Part shown: positions 10,450-19,456 of the stretch, piece after piece
How positions within the stretch are numbered: the stretch's first letter is position 1
Layout: the number at the start of each line of letters is the position of its first letter
NCBI GenBank assembly: GCA_029548865.1
Contig: JAKPMO010000004.1
Coordinates: 32,001 to 96,000 of the forward strand
Length of the DNA: 64,000 nucleotides
Direction of reading: 5' to 3'
Source of the DNA: Caldisericota bacterium
GTDB lineage: Bacteria > Caldisericota > Caldisericia > JAAYUI01
The notes under the pieces: generated by a model
The model's database searches: none
Seen by the model: only the letters and a program-made list of their open reading frames with translations
Told to the model about the DNA's origin: nothing
Program-made: the position numbers and the translations under genes

Positions 10450-11273
10450 GGGAACAAATCCTGAAATATTTCAAACAGGACAAGCTGCCACATGTTTTTT
10501 GTCCTGGCTGTGGAAATGGTGAAGTAATGCATGCAATGGCCCAGGCCATAGACGAGCTTGGCTGGGACCCAACACAGATACTGATTGTAGGTGGAATAGG
10601 GTGTTCATCAAGAATTGCCACATATACAATCTTTGATTCTTTGCACACCTTGCATGGAAGGCCAGTGGCTTTTGCTGTTGGCGCAAAGCTTGCTAACCCG
10701 AACCTCAAAGTGATCATTGTGAGTGGTGATGGTGATGCCTCTTCAATTGGCGGCAATCACCTTATCCATGCTGCAAGGCGCAACATGGACCTGACCCTCT
10801 TTATCGTCAATAACTACACATACGGAATGACTGGCGGACAATACAGCCCAACGACACCACTTGGCTCGTTCACGACCACTTCGCCATGCGGGCACGTGGA
10901 AGACCCCTTTAGTATCACAGACCTTCTCGTTGGAGCTGGTGCACCGTTCGTTGCGAGAACTGGAACACTCTACTTCAATGAGCTGGTGAAACTCATGAAA
11001 TTGGCCCTTGCCAAAAATGGTTTTGCAGCGATCGACATCTTTACCCAGTGCCCAACCAATTATGGTAGAAACAACCGTCTTGGCAAACCAATCGACCTGA
11101 TCAAGACCCAGGCCTCAATTCTCGTGCCAAAAGAAAAGTATGATTCACTGGAACAGAGCGAGAAAGCCGGAAAATTTGCAAGGGGCATAATACAAGACGT
11201 TGAGAAGCCGACATTCCTTGACCACTACAGGGCTTGCATACTTTCTACAAGAAAGGCGGTCCATCATGAGTGA
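10446..11273 (+). CDS. 2-oxoacid:ferredoxin oxidoreductase beta subunit (KorB-like, TPP-binding)
   Basis: FCPGCG, GIGCSSR, HTLHGR, GDGD...NN..YGMTGGQ and QCPT. Confidence 0.92.
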   Translation: MREQILKYFKQDKLPHVFCPGCGNGEVMHAMAQAIDELGWDPTQILIVGGIGCSSRIATYTIFDSLHTLHGRPVAFAVGAKLANPNLKVIIVSGDGDASSIGGNHLIHAARRNMDLTLFIVNNYTYGMTGGQYSPTTPLGSFTTTSPCGHVEDPFSITDLLVGAGAPFVARTGTLYFNELVKLMKLALAKNGFAAIDIFTQCPTNYGRNNRLGKPIDLIKTQASILVPKEKYDSLEQSEKAGKFARGIIQDVEKPTFLDHYRACILSTRKAVHHE

Positions 11274-11865
11274 TTTTTCCTGGAAGAGCATAAACCACAA
11301 AATTTTTGGAGGGAAAAAGGCCGAATCAATAAGATTCACTGGCTCTGGCGGACATGGACTTGTAACAGCCTCTGTAATTCTTGCCAAAGCCGGTGTTTAT
11401 GAAGGCCACAATGTCCTTCAGTCACAGGTTTATGGTGCCGAGGCAAGAGGTGGCTCAACAAAATCTGAAACAGTCATCAGAGAAGGCGATATATATTTCC
11501 CGAAGCTTGTTAATCCAGATGTTCTGTTGGCACTGACTTCTGAGGGTCTTGAAAAATACAGAGTTGATGTCAAAAAAGACGGTCTAATAATCTTTGATTC
11601 TGTGTTAATACCAGACGAGAAGTCAACCGGTGATGGACCGTTTGCAATTGGAATTCCAATGTGGTCTGAACTGATAAAAGAGCTGAAAACAGGAACCGCG
11701 ATAAATGTCATGTCGCTTGGATTGATCGTTGGTTTCACGGAGATAGTTGGCAGAGAATCTCTTGAGCGTGCTGTTCATGAGAATTTCAGACCTGAATTCA
11801 AAACAAACAACCAAAAAGCCCTAGACATTGGTTACAAAATAGCCCAGGAGGTCAAGAATGGATAA
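11266..11865 (+). CDS. 2-oxoacid:ferredoxin oxidoreductase gamma subunit (KorC-like)
   Basis: IRFTGSGGHG and YGAEARGG; ATG 11266 overlaps the end of the beta gene. Confidence 0.9.
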   Translation: MSDFSWKSINHKIFGGKKAESIRFTGSGGHGLVTASVILAKAGVYEGHNVLQSQVYGAEARGGSTKSETVIREGDIYFPKLVNPDVLLALTSEGLEKYRVDVKKDGLIIFDSVLIPDEKSTGDGPFAIGIPMWSELIKELKTGTAINVMSLGLIVGFTEIVGRESLERAVHENFRPEFKTNNQKALDIGYKIAQEVKNG

Positions 11866-13270
11866 GTACACAAAAATCATCGAGCAGATAAAGGCGCTTG
11901 AGGCCGACATGGTTGACTTCAAGATTGTTGATTTTTATGGAAGGCTCCGCCATGTGACAATTCCGACAACCAATATCACCGAAAAGAAGCTACAGTTCGG
12001 TTTTGGTTTTGATGGTTCCAATTTTGGTTTTGCAGAGACCGGCAAGTCTGATTTTGTTGCCCGTCCGGTCATAAAAGATTTTGTTGAGCTCGATCCTTGC
12101 CTTGAAGATCCAACCGCAACATTCATGTGTGATGTTTATGAAGCGGCCCAGGATGTAAAACCATACGAATCAGATCCAAGAGGCATCCTGAGAAAGGCTT
12201 GCGCTTACATGCAATCTCTTGGGGTGGCTGATGTAGCCACATGGGGCCCGGAACTTGAATTCTACCTCTTCAATGATCTGCTTGTAAGGACCGATCCACA
12301 AGCAATGTCGGCAGAGATTATTTCCGATGAAGGGTATTGGGGGTCACAGGATGATGATTACTCTTTCGCAACAAGGCTCCCTAAGAAGGGTGGATATCAT
12401 TCTGTCCCACCAAATGACACCCAGTACCAGACCAGAGTCGAGGCAGTAAGAAGGCTGACTTCACTTGGATATGATGTGAAGTACCACCATCACGAAGTTG
12501 GTGGTCCTGGCCAGTGTGAGGTGGAGTTCAACCTCATGGACAGCATGGTTGCTGCTGATTGCATAATCCTTGGAAAATACATAATCCGCAACACCGCCCA
12601 GGAGTTTGGCTCATATGCCAGCTTCCTTCCAAAGCCGATCTTTGGAGAGGCCGGAAACGGACTCCATGTCCACTTCCTGATGAAGGGCAAGAATGGTGAA
12701 CTCGTGTTCCACGATCCAAATGGGTATATGGGTCTTTCGAAAATGGCACTCTCGTTCCTTGCTGGAATTCTCACACACGCACCGGCCATTACAGCCATCA
12801 CCAACCCGTCCACAAACTCCTACAAGAGGCTTGTCAGAGGTTATGAGGCACCTTGCAACTGCTGCTATGGCATGGCAAACAGAAACGCTGCAGTAAGGAT
12901 ACCAGCCTACGCCACCCAGCCAGAGGAAAAGCGCTTTGAATACCGTGTTGGTGATGCAACTTTCAACCCATATCTGGCCCTTTCCGCCATCCTCATGGCC
13001 GGACTTGATGGAGTCAAGAAGGACCTTAATCCAGAGGGAAAGTTTGGCCCGCTCGAAAAAATGGACAAGGGCTGGGAGCCACCAGTTTCCATTCCAGCAT
13101 CACTCAAGGAAGCGCTGGAAGCATTGCAGAAGGACCACCAATTCCTTCTCGATGGTGGAGTTTTCACAAAGGGAATGCTTGAAAAATTCATATCAGACAA
13201 GATGCAGGACCACCTGAGGATCGAAAGAACACCTCATCCGGTAGAATTTGAGATGTATGAATTGATCTGA
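11858..13270 (+). CDS. glnA: Glutamine synthetase type I
   Basis: FDGS, GPELEFY, HHHEVG, PKP..G..GNGLHVH, NSYKRLV.GYEAP, NRNAAVRIP and RFEYR. Confidence 0.95.
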   Translation: MDKYTKIIEQIKALEADMVDFKIVDFYGRLRHVTIPTTNITEKKLQFGFGFDGSNFGFAETGKSDFVARPVIKDFVELDPCLEDPTATFMCDVYEAAQDVKPYESDPRGILRKACAYMQSLGVADVATWGPELEFYLFNDLLVRTDPQAMSAEIISDEGYWGSQDDDYSFATRLPKKGGYHSVPPNDTQYQTRVEAVRRLTSLGYDVKYHHHEVGGPGQCEVEFNLMDSMVAADCIILGKYIIRNTAQEFGSYASFLPKPIFGEAGNGLHVHFLMKGKNGELVFHDPNGYMGLSKMALSFLAGILTHAPAITAITNPSTNSYKRLVRGYEAPCNCCYGMANRNAAVRIPAYATQPEEKRFEYRVGDATFNPYLALSAILMAGLDGVKKDLNPEGKFGPLEKMDKGWEPPVSIPASLKEALEALQKDHQFLLDGGVFTKGMLEKFISDKMQDHLRIERTPHPVEFEMYELI

Positions 13271-13293
13271 GCTAACAAGAAAAACAGGATACC

Positions 13294-13326
13294 AAAAGGC
13301 CCTTTCCGATTGGGAAGGGCCTTTTT
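13294..13326. terminator. Bidirectional intrinsic terminator between convergent glnA and mnmA
   Basis: aaaaGGCCCTTTCC-gatt-GGGAAGGGCCttttt hairpin flanked by A and T runs. Confidence 0.85.
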
Positions 13327-13329
13327 AAT

Positions 13330-14316
13330 TTAGTCGGTGATTATTGCTGAACCGATCAGGATATTTCTTGAATAGAAGACTGCGAATTGACCTGGTGTTG
13401 GTGCAAAAACAGGTGTTTTTGTAGACACAAATATGTCGCCATTGCTTTCATGCTCGATTTTGCATTCAACGGGGTTTGATCTGTAGCGTATCATCACTTG
13501 GGGTTTATCATCAGAAATCAGCCTTAGATCAATTACCCTGAATCTTGAGACTTGCACATTTTCTTTGTGCCCGACTACAAGCGTGTTGTTTTTTACGTCT
13601 TTTCTGACAACATACCATGGACCATCTGCAAGACCAATGCCCTCTCTTTGCCCATGGGTAAAAGCGTTCAGTCCGCAATGCTGGCCAATGACGTTGCCGT
13701 CAGTATCCACAATATCACCGGGCTGGCCTATCCCGATTTCCCTGGCTATCCATTCCTTCATTGGGACATTGATGAAACAGGCATCCTGGCTGGGGGGTGT
13801 GGTGGGAATGCCGCTGATTTTGGATTCTGCCTCTGCCCGCGTGAGCGTTCCCAGCGGGAAGAGACACCTTTGAAGTATGACCTCATCAACCCTGGCAAGC
13901 ATGTAGCTTTGGTCCTTGATTTCATAATCAGCCTTTGCAACGGTAATGTGGCCTGCGTAGGAGATTTTTTTTGCGTAATGACCAGTGGCGATGTATTCAA
14001 AACCCATTTGCATGGCAAACTTATGCAGAACATGCATCTTTACCATCTGGTTGCACATGACACACGGGTTTGGGGTCTCGTTTCGGATTATTGAATTTTT
14101 GAAGTATTCGATAACTTGCGTTTTGAAAAGGTTTTGGATCGGGATCACATAGTGTTTGATTCCAATCTGCTCGCTGGCTTTTATGGCTGTGTCGATGCTT
14201 TCTCTACCACAGATCGGAAGTGACGCGCCACACACTTCATGCCCGTAAGACCTCAAAACAAGGACTGCGGCTGTGGAGTCTGTACCGCCAGACATTCCGA
14301 CAAGTATTTTTGCCAT
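13330..14316 (-). CDS. mnmA: tRNA-specific 2-thiouridylase MnmA
   Basis: PP-loop SGGTDS, TPNPCVMCN, ATGHY, KDQSY, SQDACF, T.GQR and TPGQFAVFY. Confidence 0.92.
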   Translation of the reverse strand: MAKILVGMSGGTDSTAAVLVLRSYGHEVCGASLPICGRESIDTAIKASEQIGIKHYVIPIQNLFKTQVIEYFKNSIIRNETPNPCVMCNQMVKMHVLHKFAMQMGFEYIATGHYAKKISYAGHITVAKADYEIKDQSYMLARVDEVILQRCLFPLGTLTRAEAESKISGIPTTPPSQDACFINVPMKEWIAREIGIGQPGDIVDTDGNVIGQHCGLNAFTHGQREGIGLADGPWYVVRKDVKNNTLVVGHKENVQVSRFRVIDLRLISDDKPQVMIRYRSNPVECKIEHESNGDIFVSTKTPVFAPTPGQFAVFYSRNILIGSAIITD

Positions 14317-15044
14317 TACATTTTTTCCAGGATTTGAGCCAACTGGGAGAGTGTTGAAGCCTGTGGTGAGAAATCAGACTTGATTCCCCTTTTTGGGTCT
14401 GCAAACAGTATTGCCCTCATGCCGCAAACAACAGCAGGTGTGCAATCTTTTTCTTCGTCATCGCCAACCATGACACAATCGATGGGATCGACAGCAAGTT
14501 CTGCGGCAGTAGTAAGATAAGTTTCGGGGTGTGGTTTTCTCAGTTTTCTTTCATCGGAAAAATATGTCACACTAAATCTTTTCATCAAATTGTGATAGGC
14601 CATTGTGAGATGTTTTCCGGAAGAGCGTTCTGTATTGGATATGAGACCAAGCTTGTATTTTCTGAAGAGCGATTCGATCATTTCTTCAGCGCCTGGAACA
14701 AGTGGACTCAAAAAGAGGAGGTTTGCCCTGTTGTAGGCATCCTCAAGTTTTTCAATGAGTTCCCTGTCTGGTATGAATCTTATCGTTTCTGCCATAAGCC
14801 TGATCTGTTCCCTGATGGTCAATGCTCTATTGTTTTTTGCAAGCTCGGTGATCATTTTGCCTGCGGCTTCGTAAGCAAAGGAAACGTCAGAGATTGAAAC
14901 TCTAATATCATGTCTGATTAGTATTTCATGGATCTTTTCAATCCTGTATTTACCCCTCTTTTCCTCAACATCCGGCAAGTCATAAATAAGTGTATTCCAG
15001 AAGTCGAAGATTACGGCTTGCGGTTTGTTTTTGGTTTTAATCAT
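14316..15044 (-). CDS. HAD-superfamily hydrolase
   Basis: Motif I FDFWNTL, motif II LISNT, RKPHP and motif IV VGDDEEKD. Confidence 0.88.
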   Translation of the reverse strand: MIKTKNKPQAVIFDFWNTLIYDLPDVEEKRGKYRIEKIHEILIRHDIRVSISDVSFAYEAAGKMITELAKNNRALTIREQIRLMAETIRFIPDRELIEKLEDAYNRANLLFLSPLVPGAEEMIESLFRKYKLGLISNTERSSGKHLTMAYHNLMKRFSVTYFSDERKLRKPHPETYLTTAAELAVDPIDCVMVGDDEEKDCTPAVVCGMRAILFADPKRGIKSDFSPQASTLSQLAQILEKM

Positions 15045-15091
15045 AAGTTAGAATTATAGCCGTTTGTTTTATAAAGGTTCAAGACCAGTCC

Positions 15092-15119
15092 TTGAATCGG
15101 TAAGTTTTCGTGTTATATT
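15092..15119 (+). promoter_or_regulatory. sigma70-type promoter of the rpsO-pnp operon
   Basis: TTGAAT-16 bp-TATATT with a TGn extension. Confidence 0.65.
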
Positions 15120-15126
15120 GGCCTAA

Positions 15127-15172
15127 CCTTGGCTAGGATGGACGTACTCCGCGACGACACCGTGGCCACAGG
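15127..15172 (+). promoter_or_regulatory. Putative S15 autoregulatory leader RNA
   Basis: CCU-UGGCUA-GG pairs with CC-UGGCCA-AGG and encloses an inner GGA/UCC stem, directly before the rpsO SD. Confidence 0.45.
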
Positions 15173-15188
15173 AAAGGAGAAAATATTA

Positions 15189-15455
15189 ATGTTAGACAAA
15201 GACAAAAAGCGGCAGATCATTGAGAAATTTGCCACCCACGAAGGTGATACAGGTTCACCAGAAGTCCAGGTTGCACTTCTTACCCAGAGGATCAACGAAC
15301 TTTCAGCTCACCTGCTTACCCACAAACATGATTTTACATCAAGGAGAGGACTTTTGAGGATGGTTGGTGAGAGACACAGAATGCTTGGTTATCTTCGTTC
15401 AATAGAAGAAAACAGGTATCTAAAGCTCATCAGTGCCCTCGGACTGCGTAAGTAA
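15189..15455 (+). CDS. rpsO: 30S ribosomal protein S15
   Basis: [28 protein letters not shown] and LGLRK; SD AAGGAG upstream of ATG 15189. Confidence 0.97.
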   Translation: MLDKDKKRQIIEKFATHEGDTGSPEVQVALLTQRINELSAHLLTHKHDFTSRRGLLRMVGERHRMLGYLRSIEENRYLKLISALGLRK

Positions 15456-17665
15456 TGAAAATAGACAAAAAGACAGAGCTAAATAGAGACGTTTATATTG
15501 CCCATGCTGAAATAGCGGGGCAGGAAATAACAGTCACCACCGGCAAAGTTGCTCAGCAGGCCGGTGGTTCTGTTATGGTGCAACTCGGCGGAACGGTTGT
15601 TCTTGCAACTGCCGTTGTGGCTGATAAAGAAAGACCTGACATAGATTTCTTCCCGCTGGTTGTCGATTATTTCGACAAAATGTATGCGGCAGGAAAGATC
15701 CCAGGCGGGTTTTTCAAGAGGGGTGGAAGGCCGTCTGACCAGGAAATATTGAGGTCAAGACTTATTGATAGACCCCTCAGGCCGTTGTTCCCAAAGCATT
15801 TCCGCAGAGATGTCCAGATTGTTGTTTCCACACTTTCGTCAGATGGGGAGAACATCCCGGATTTTCTTGGAATAATTGGTGCTTCTTGCGCTCTCACCAT
15901 TTCTGATGCCCCGTTTGAAGGGCCACTCGCAGCAGTAAGGATTGGGCTTATCGACGGAGAGCTTGTTGTAAATCCAACCGTCACTATGCTCCAGAAATCA
16001 ACGCTTGATCTGGTGGTTGCTGGAACAAACGATGCAATAATGATGGTTGAGGGTGGCGCAATCCAGGTGGACGAAGAGACAGTCGCAAAAGCCATGGAGC
16101 TTGCACAGGCCTCCTTTGCCGACATTATTGCCCTGCAAATGGAGCTTCAAAAAGAAATTGGGAAGCCGAAGATTGTTGTTCCTCCGCCAGAGATCGATCC
16201 AGAAGTTTTACAACTCGTCCATGATGAGCTTTTCAGCAAAGGTGATGAAAAACTTTTCAATCCGGACAAGGCACAGCGTGAAAGTGCATCTGGCGAATTT
16301 GAGAACGAGATAAAGGCCCTGGTACAGGAAAAGCTCCCGGAAAAAACGTCAAATTTTGGCCTTATATTCGAAAAAGAGCTAAAATCTTTTGTCAGGGACA
16401 GAATAGTCATCCAGGGCAAACGCCCTGATGGCAGAAAAACCAATGAGATCAGGCCAATCTCCATGGAGGTTGGCACACTTCCAATGACTCATGGGTCAGC
16501 GATTTTCCTCAGGGGCCAAACCCAGGTTTTATCCGTAACAACTCTTGGCGCCAAAGACGAGGGCCAGCTGGTTGAAGGACTGTATGAGGAAGAGATCAAG
16601 CATTATATGCATTACTACAACTTCCCCCCATTCTCGGTTGGTGAAGTAAGGCCATTGAGAGGCCCATCAAGAAGAGATATCGGACATGGCAATCTTGCAG
16701 AAAGATCGCTGGTGCCGCTTGTTCCCACCGAAGAAGAATTCCCTTATACCATTCAAGTTTTCTCTGAAGTCTTGGAAAGCAATGGTTCTTCATCAATGGC
16801 TTCTGTTTGCTGTAGTTCCCTTTCGCTTATGGATGCGGGTGTGCCGTTAAAGGCACCTGTTGCCGGAATAGCGATGGGACTTATCACAAGCAATGATAAG
16901 ATTGCAATCCTCACCGATATTCAGGGTGTTGAGGATGCCCTTGGCGACATGGATTTCAAGGTTGCCGGAACAACTGAAGGCATAACTGGCCTCCAGATGG
17001 ACATCAAGATCAAGGGTATCGACATGAATATTATCAGGCGCGCTCTGGCACAGGCCAGGGAAGCGAGGATGTTCATTCTTGGTCTCATGGGGCAATGCCT
17101 TCCAGGGCCAAGATCAGAGCTTTCACCAAATGCTCCAAGGGTCTACACAATGGCCATAGACACAGAGAAGATCCGTGAGGTAATCGGACCGGGTGGCAAA
17201 GTCATAAAGAAAATCATTGAAGACACAGGCTGCAAGATTGACATCGAACAGGATGGAAGGGTCTTTATAACTGCCCCAAATGAAGAAGCTGGAATGAAGG
17301 CAAAGGGAATCATCTCCGAGATAACCGAAGATGTCACTGTCGGAAAGATTTATCTTGGCAGAGTAACCGGAATAAGGGACTTTGGAGCTTTTGTCGATAT
17401 CGGCAAAGGTGGCAAGGAAGGTCTCCTCCACATCTCTGAAATAGCCAATTACAGGGTCGCAAAGGTCGAAGACGAACTCAAGATCGGCCAGGAAGTCATG
17501 GTTAAAGTCAAAAAGATTGATGAAACTGGCAGGATCTCCCTCACTCGCAAGGGCCTCCTGGAAACTGATTCAGGAACAATCCCACCAGCCATTGACGGTG
17601 ATGAAGATCATGGTCGTGAAGACGATCACCATGGCAAGAGGCATGGCAAGGACAGGAGAAAGTGA
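15455..17665 (+). CDS. pnp: Polyribonucleotide nucleotidyltransferase (PNPase)
   Basis: DFFPL, GKIPGGFFKR, RLIDRPLRPLF, ESNGSSSMAS and GDMDFKVAG, plus KH and S1 domains. Confidence 0.97.
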   Translation: MKIDKKTELNRDVYIAHAEIAGQEITVTTGKVAQQAGGSVMVQLGGTVVLATAVVADKERPDIDFFPLVVDYFDKMYAAGKIPGGFFKRGGRPSDQEILRSRLIDRPLRPLFPKHFRRDVQIVVSTLSSDGENIPDFLGIIGASCALTISDAPFEGPLAAVRIGLIDGELVVNPTVTMLQKSTLDLVVAGTNDAIMMVEGGAIQVDEETVAKAMELAQASFADIIALQMELQKEIGKPKIVVPPPEIDPEVLQLVHDELFSKGDEKLFNPDKAQRESASGEFENEIKALVQEKLPEKTSNFGLIFEKELKSFVRDRIVIQGKRPDGRKTNEIRPISMEVGTLPMTHGSAIFLRGQTQVLSVTTLGAKDEGQLVEGLYEEEIKHYMHYYNFPPFSVGEVRPLRGPSRRDIGHGNLAERSLVPLVPTEEEFPYTIQVFSEVLESNGSSSMASVCCSSLSLMDAGVPLKAPVAGIAMGLITSNDKIAILTDIQGVEDALGDMDFKVAGTTEGITGLQMDIKIKGIDMNIIRRALAQAREARMFILGLMGQCLPGPRSELSPNAPRVYTMAIDTEKIREVIGPGGKVIKKIIEDTGCKIDIEQDGRVFITAPNEEAGMKAKGIISEITEDVTVGKIYLGRVTGIRDFGAFVDIGKGGKEGLLHISEIANYRVAKVEDELKIGQEVMVKVKKIDETGRISLTRKGLLETDSGTIPPAIDGDEDHGREDDHHGKRHGKDRRK

Positions 17666-18885
17666 AGCTAGTAGTAGACACCATGCCGGGTTTTGGCTCG
17701 GTAGCACTCGGTTTGTTCATGCCGGTAGGTGCCTATACTGAGTCAGAGGACCAGCAGGGCCTTTCGCACTTCCTTGAGCACCTTGTTTTCAAAGGGACGC
17801 CAAAAAGGAGTGCCGGTGATATAGCAATTGAAATCGATGGTACAGGTGGAGAACTGAATGCCTATACCTCGGTTGAATTGACAAGCTTTTATGCCAAGGT
17901 TCTTGTGGATGATGTTGACCTCGCGCTGGACCTCTTGTTTGATGTTACCTACAACCCTTCACTTCAGGATGATTCAATCAATCTGGAGAGAGGGGTTGTT
18001 CTCTCTGAGATAGCTGAATTTATGGACGCCCCTGATGAGATTGCTTCTGTCAGGGCGTTTCAGGCGGCTTGGGGAACACACCCGCTTGCAAGATCGGTCC
18101 TTGGTTTTCCGGAAGTAATAAAGGAAGTCTCTCCGAACAATGTCAGGAAATACCACAAAGACCATTACAGGCCTGAAAATACTGTTTTGTCTGCCTGTGG
18201 CGGGATAACCTACGAACAGCTGTCGGCCAAACTCGAAAAGATTGGCATTCCACACGAGCCACTCAATGGGAAAACCTCATATATTGAAGACCGGCCAGAA
18301 TTCAAACCAAACAAACTCTGCATGGACAGGGACTCCGAACAGGTCTATTTCACCTATGTGTGGCCAGGGCCAACGCTTTGTGATGCAGAAATGGCCGAGG
18401 CGCTTGTTAGCTCCGTTATTATTGCCGGTTCAATAAGCTCCAGACTCTTCCAGAGACTTAGGGAAAAAGAGGGTCTGGTTTACAATATTTCCATGATGTC
18501 TTCTTTCTCGAAATCTGCCGGGCTCCTGGGTGTTTATGGTGCTGTTCCAAAGGAAAATTACCAAAAGAGCCGTGATATTCTGCTTTATGAGCTGAACAAC
18601 CTTCGCAACCATGGTGTAACTGAAGAGGAGCTCGAGAGGGCAAAGAGGATGATAAAGGGTTCGACAACCCTGTCCCTCGAAAGCAACATGGCAAGGATGG
18701 ACCGCAGCGGAAAATTCGGGCTACTTCTTGGGCAGGTGCCGTCACTTGAAGAAACGCTAAACAGAATAGACTCCTTGGGAATAAAGAGTTTCAATAACTA
18801 CATAAAGCAAAACATACCGGAAGACTATGCCATTTCACTTGTAGGAAAGGGCATTTGTGACCAAAAGGGGTTTGTGAGTGACTGA
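17662..18885 (+). CDS. M16 (pitrilysin) family zinc peptidase
   Basis: HFLEH inverted zinc motif, NAYTS and SSRLFQRLREKEGLVY; usual position after pnp. Confidence 0.92.
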   Translation: MKLVVDTMPGFGSVALGLFMPVGAYTESEDQQGLSHFLEHLVFKGTPKRSAGDIAIEIDGTGGELNAYTSVELTSFYAKVLVDDVDLALDLLFDVTYNPSLQDDSINLERGVVLSEIAEFMDAPDEIASVRAFQAAWGTHPLARSVLGFPEVIKEVSPNNVRKYHKDHYRPENTVLSACGGITYEQLSAKLEKIGIPHEPLNGKTSYIEDRPEFKPNKLCMDRDSEQVYFTYVWPGPTLCDAEMAEALVSSVIIAGSISSRLFQRLREKEGLVYNISMMSSFSKSAGLLGVYGAVPKENYQKSRDILLYELNNLRNHGVTEEELERAKRMIKGSTTLSLESNMARMDRSGKFGLLLGQVPSLEETLNRIDSLGIKSFNNYIKQNIPEDYAISLVGKGICDQKGFVSD

Positions 18886-19456
18886 CGCCGAAGTGATCTT
18901 GAATGAGATCACCAGACAGGTTTCTACCTGCCGTAAGTGCAGTCTTGGCGTAATGAGAAAAAATCCAGTACCAGGCATAGGAAACTATGATGCATCAATA
19001 ATGTTCATTGGTGAAGGTCCTGGTGCAAACGAAGATGAGAAGGGTGAACCGTTTGTTGGGGCTGCTGGACAGCTCCTGGACAAACTCCTCTTGATGATAG
19101 GACTGAAAAGGTCCGAAGTTTTTATAACAAATATAGTAAAATGCAGGCCTCCTCAAAACAGGACGCCACAACAGGACGAAATAGAATCATGCAAACCATA
19201 TCTAATGGCCCAGATAGCGGCCATAATGCCAAAAATAATAATCACGCTCGGGGCACCGGCAACCCAAACAATGTTGTCAAAGCAAATGTCCATAAGCGTG
19301 ACACACGGAAAGCTCCAGTTAAAGGAGGGACTCAGATTCCTCCCAATGTACCATCCGGCAGCATACCTCCACAAAAGGGACCCGGAACTACTGGAAGCAA
19401 TGAAAAGAGACTTCAGGGAGCTAAGGCTCATCCTGGATCAAACAATAATAAAATAA
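18878..19456 (+). CDS. Uracil-DNA glycosylase, family 4 (Fe-S)
   Basis: CRKC, GEGPG, PFVG, KCRPP.NR and HPAA. Confidence 0.92.
   Translation: MTDAEVILNEITRQVSTCRKCSLGVMRKNPVPGIGNYDASIMFIGEGPGANEDEKGEPFVGAAGQLLDKLLLMIGLKRSEVFITNIVKCRPPQNRTPQQDEIESCKPYLMAQIAAIMPKIIITLGAPATQTMLSKQMSISVTHGKLQLKEGLRFLPMYHPAAYLHKRDPELLEAMKRDFRELRLILDQTIIK

Noticed and set aside
13330..14316. MnmA with CxxC (PNPCVMCN) rather than DxxC
   Set aside because: This is a known, widespread Fe-S-type subgroup and not unusual for an anaerobe.
17590..17665. His/Asp/Lys-rich PNPase tail with a short CATGGCAAG duplication
   Set aside because: Low-complexity C-terminal tails are common in PNPase, and this one is too short to call a repeat element.
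19141..19455. 105-aa N-terminal extension of RNase J in the ORF track
   Set aside because: It lies inside the UDG gene in another frame; the TAATG coupling at 19456 gives a normal-length RNase J.
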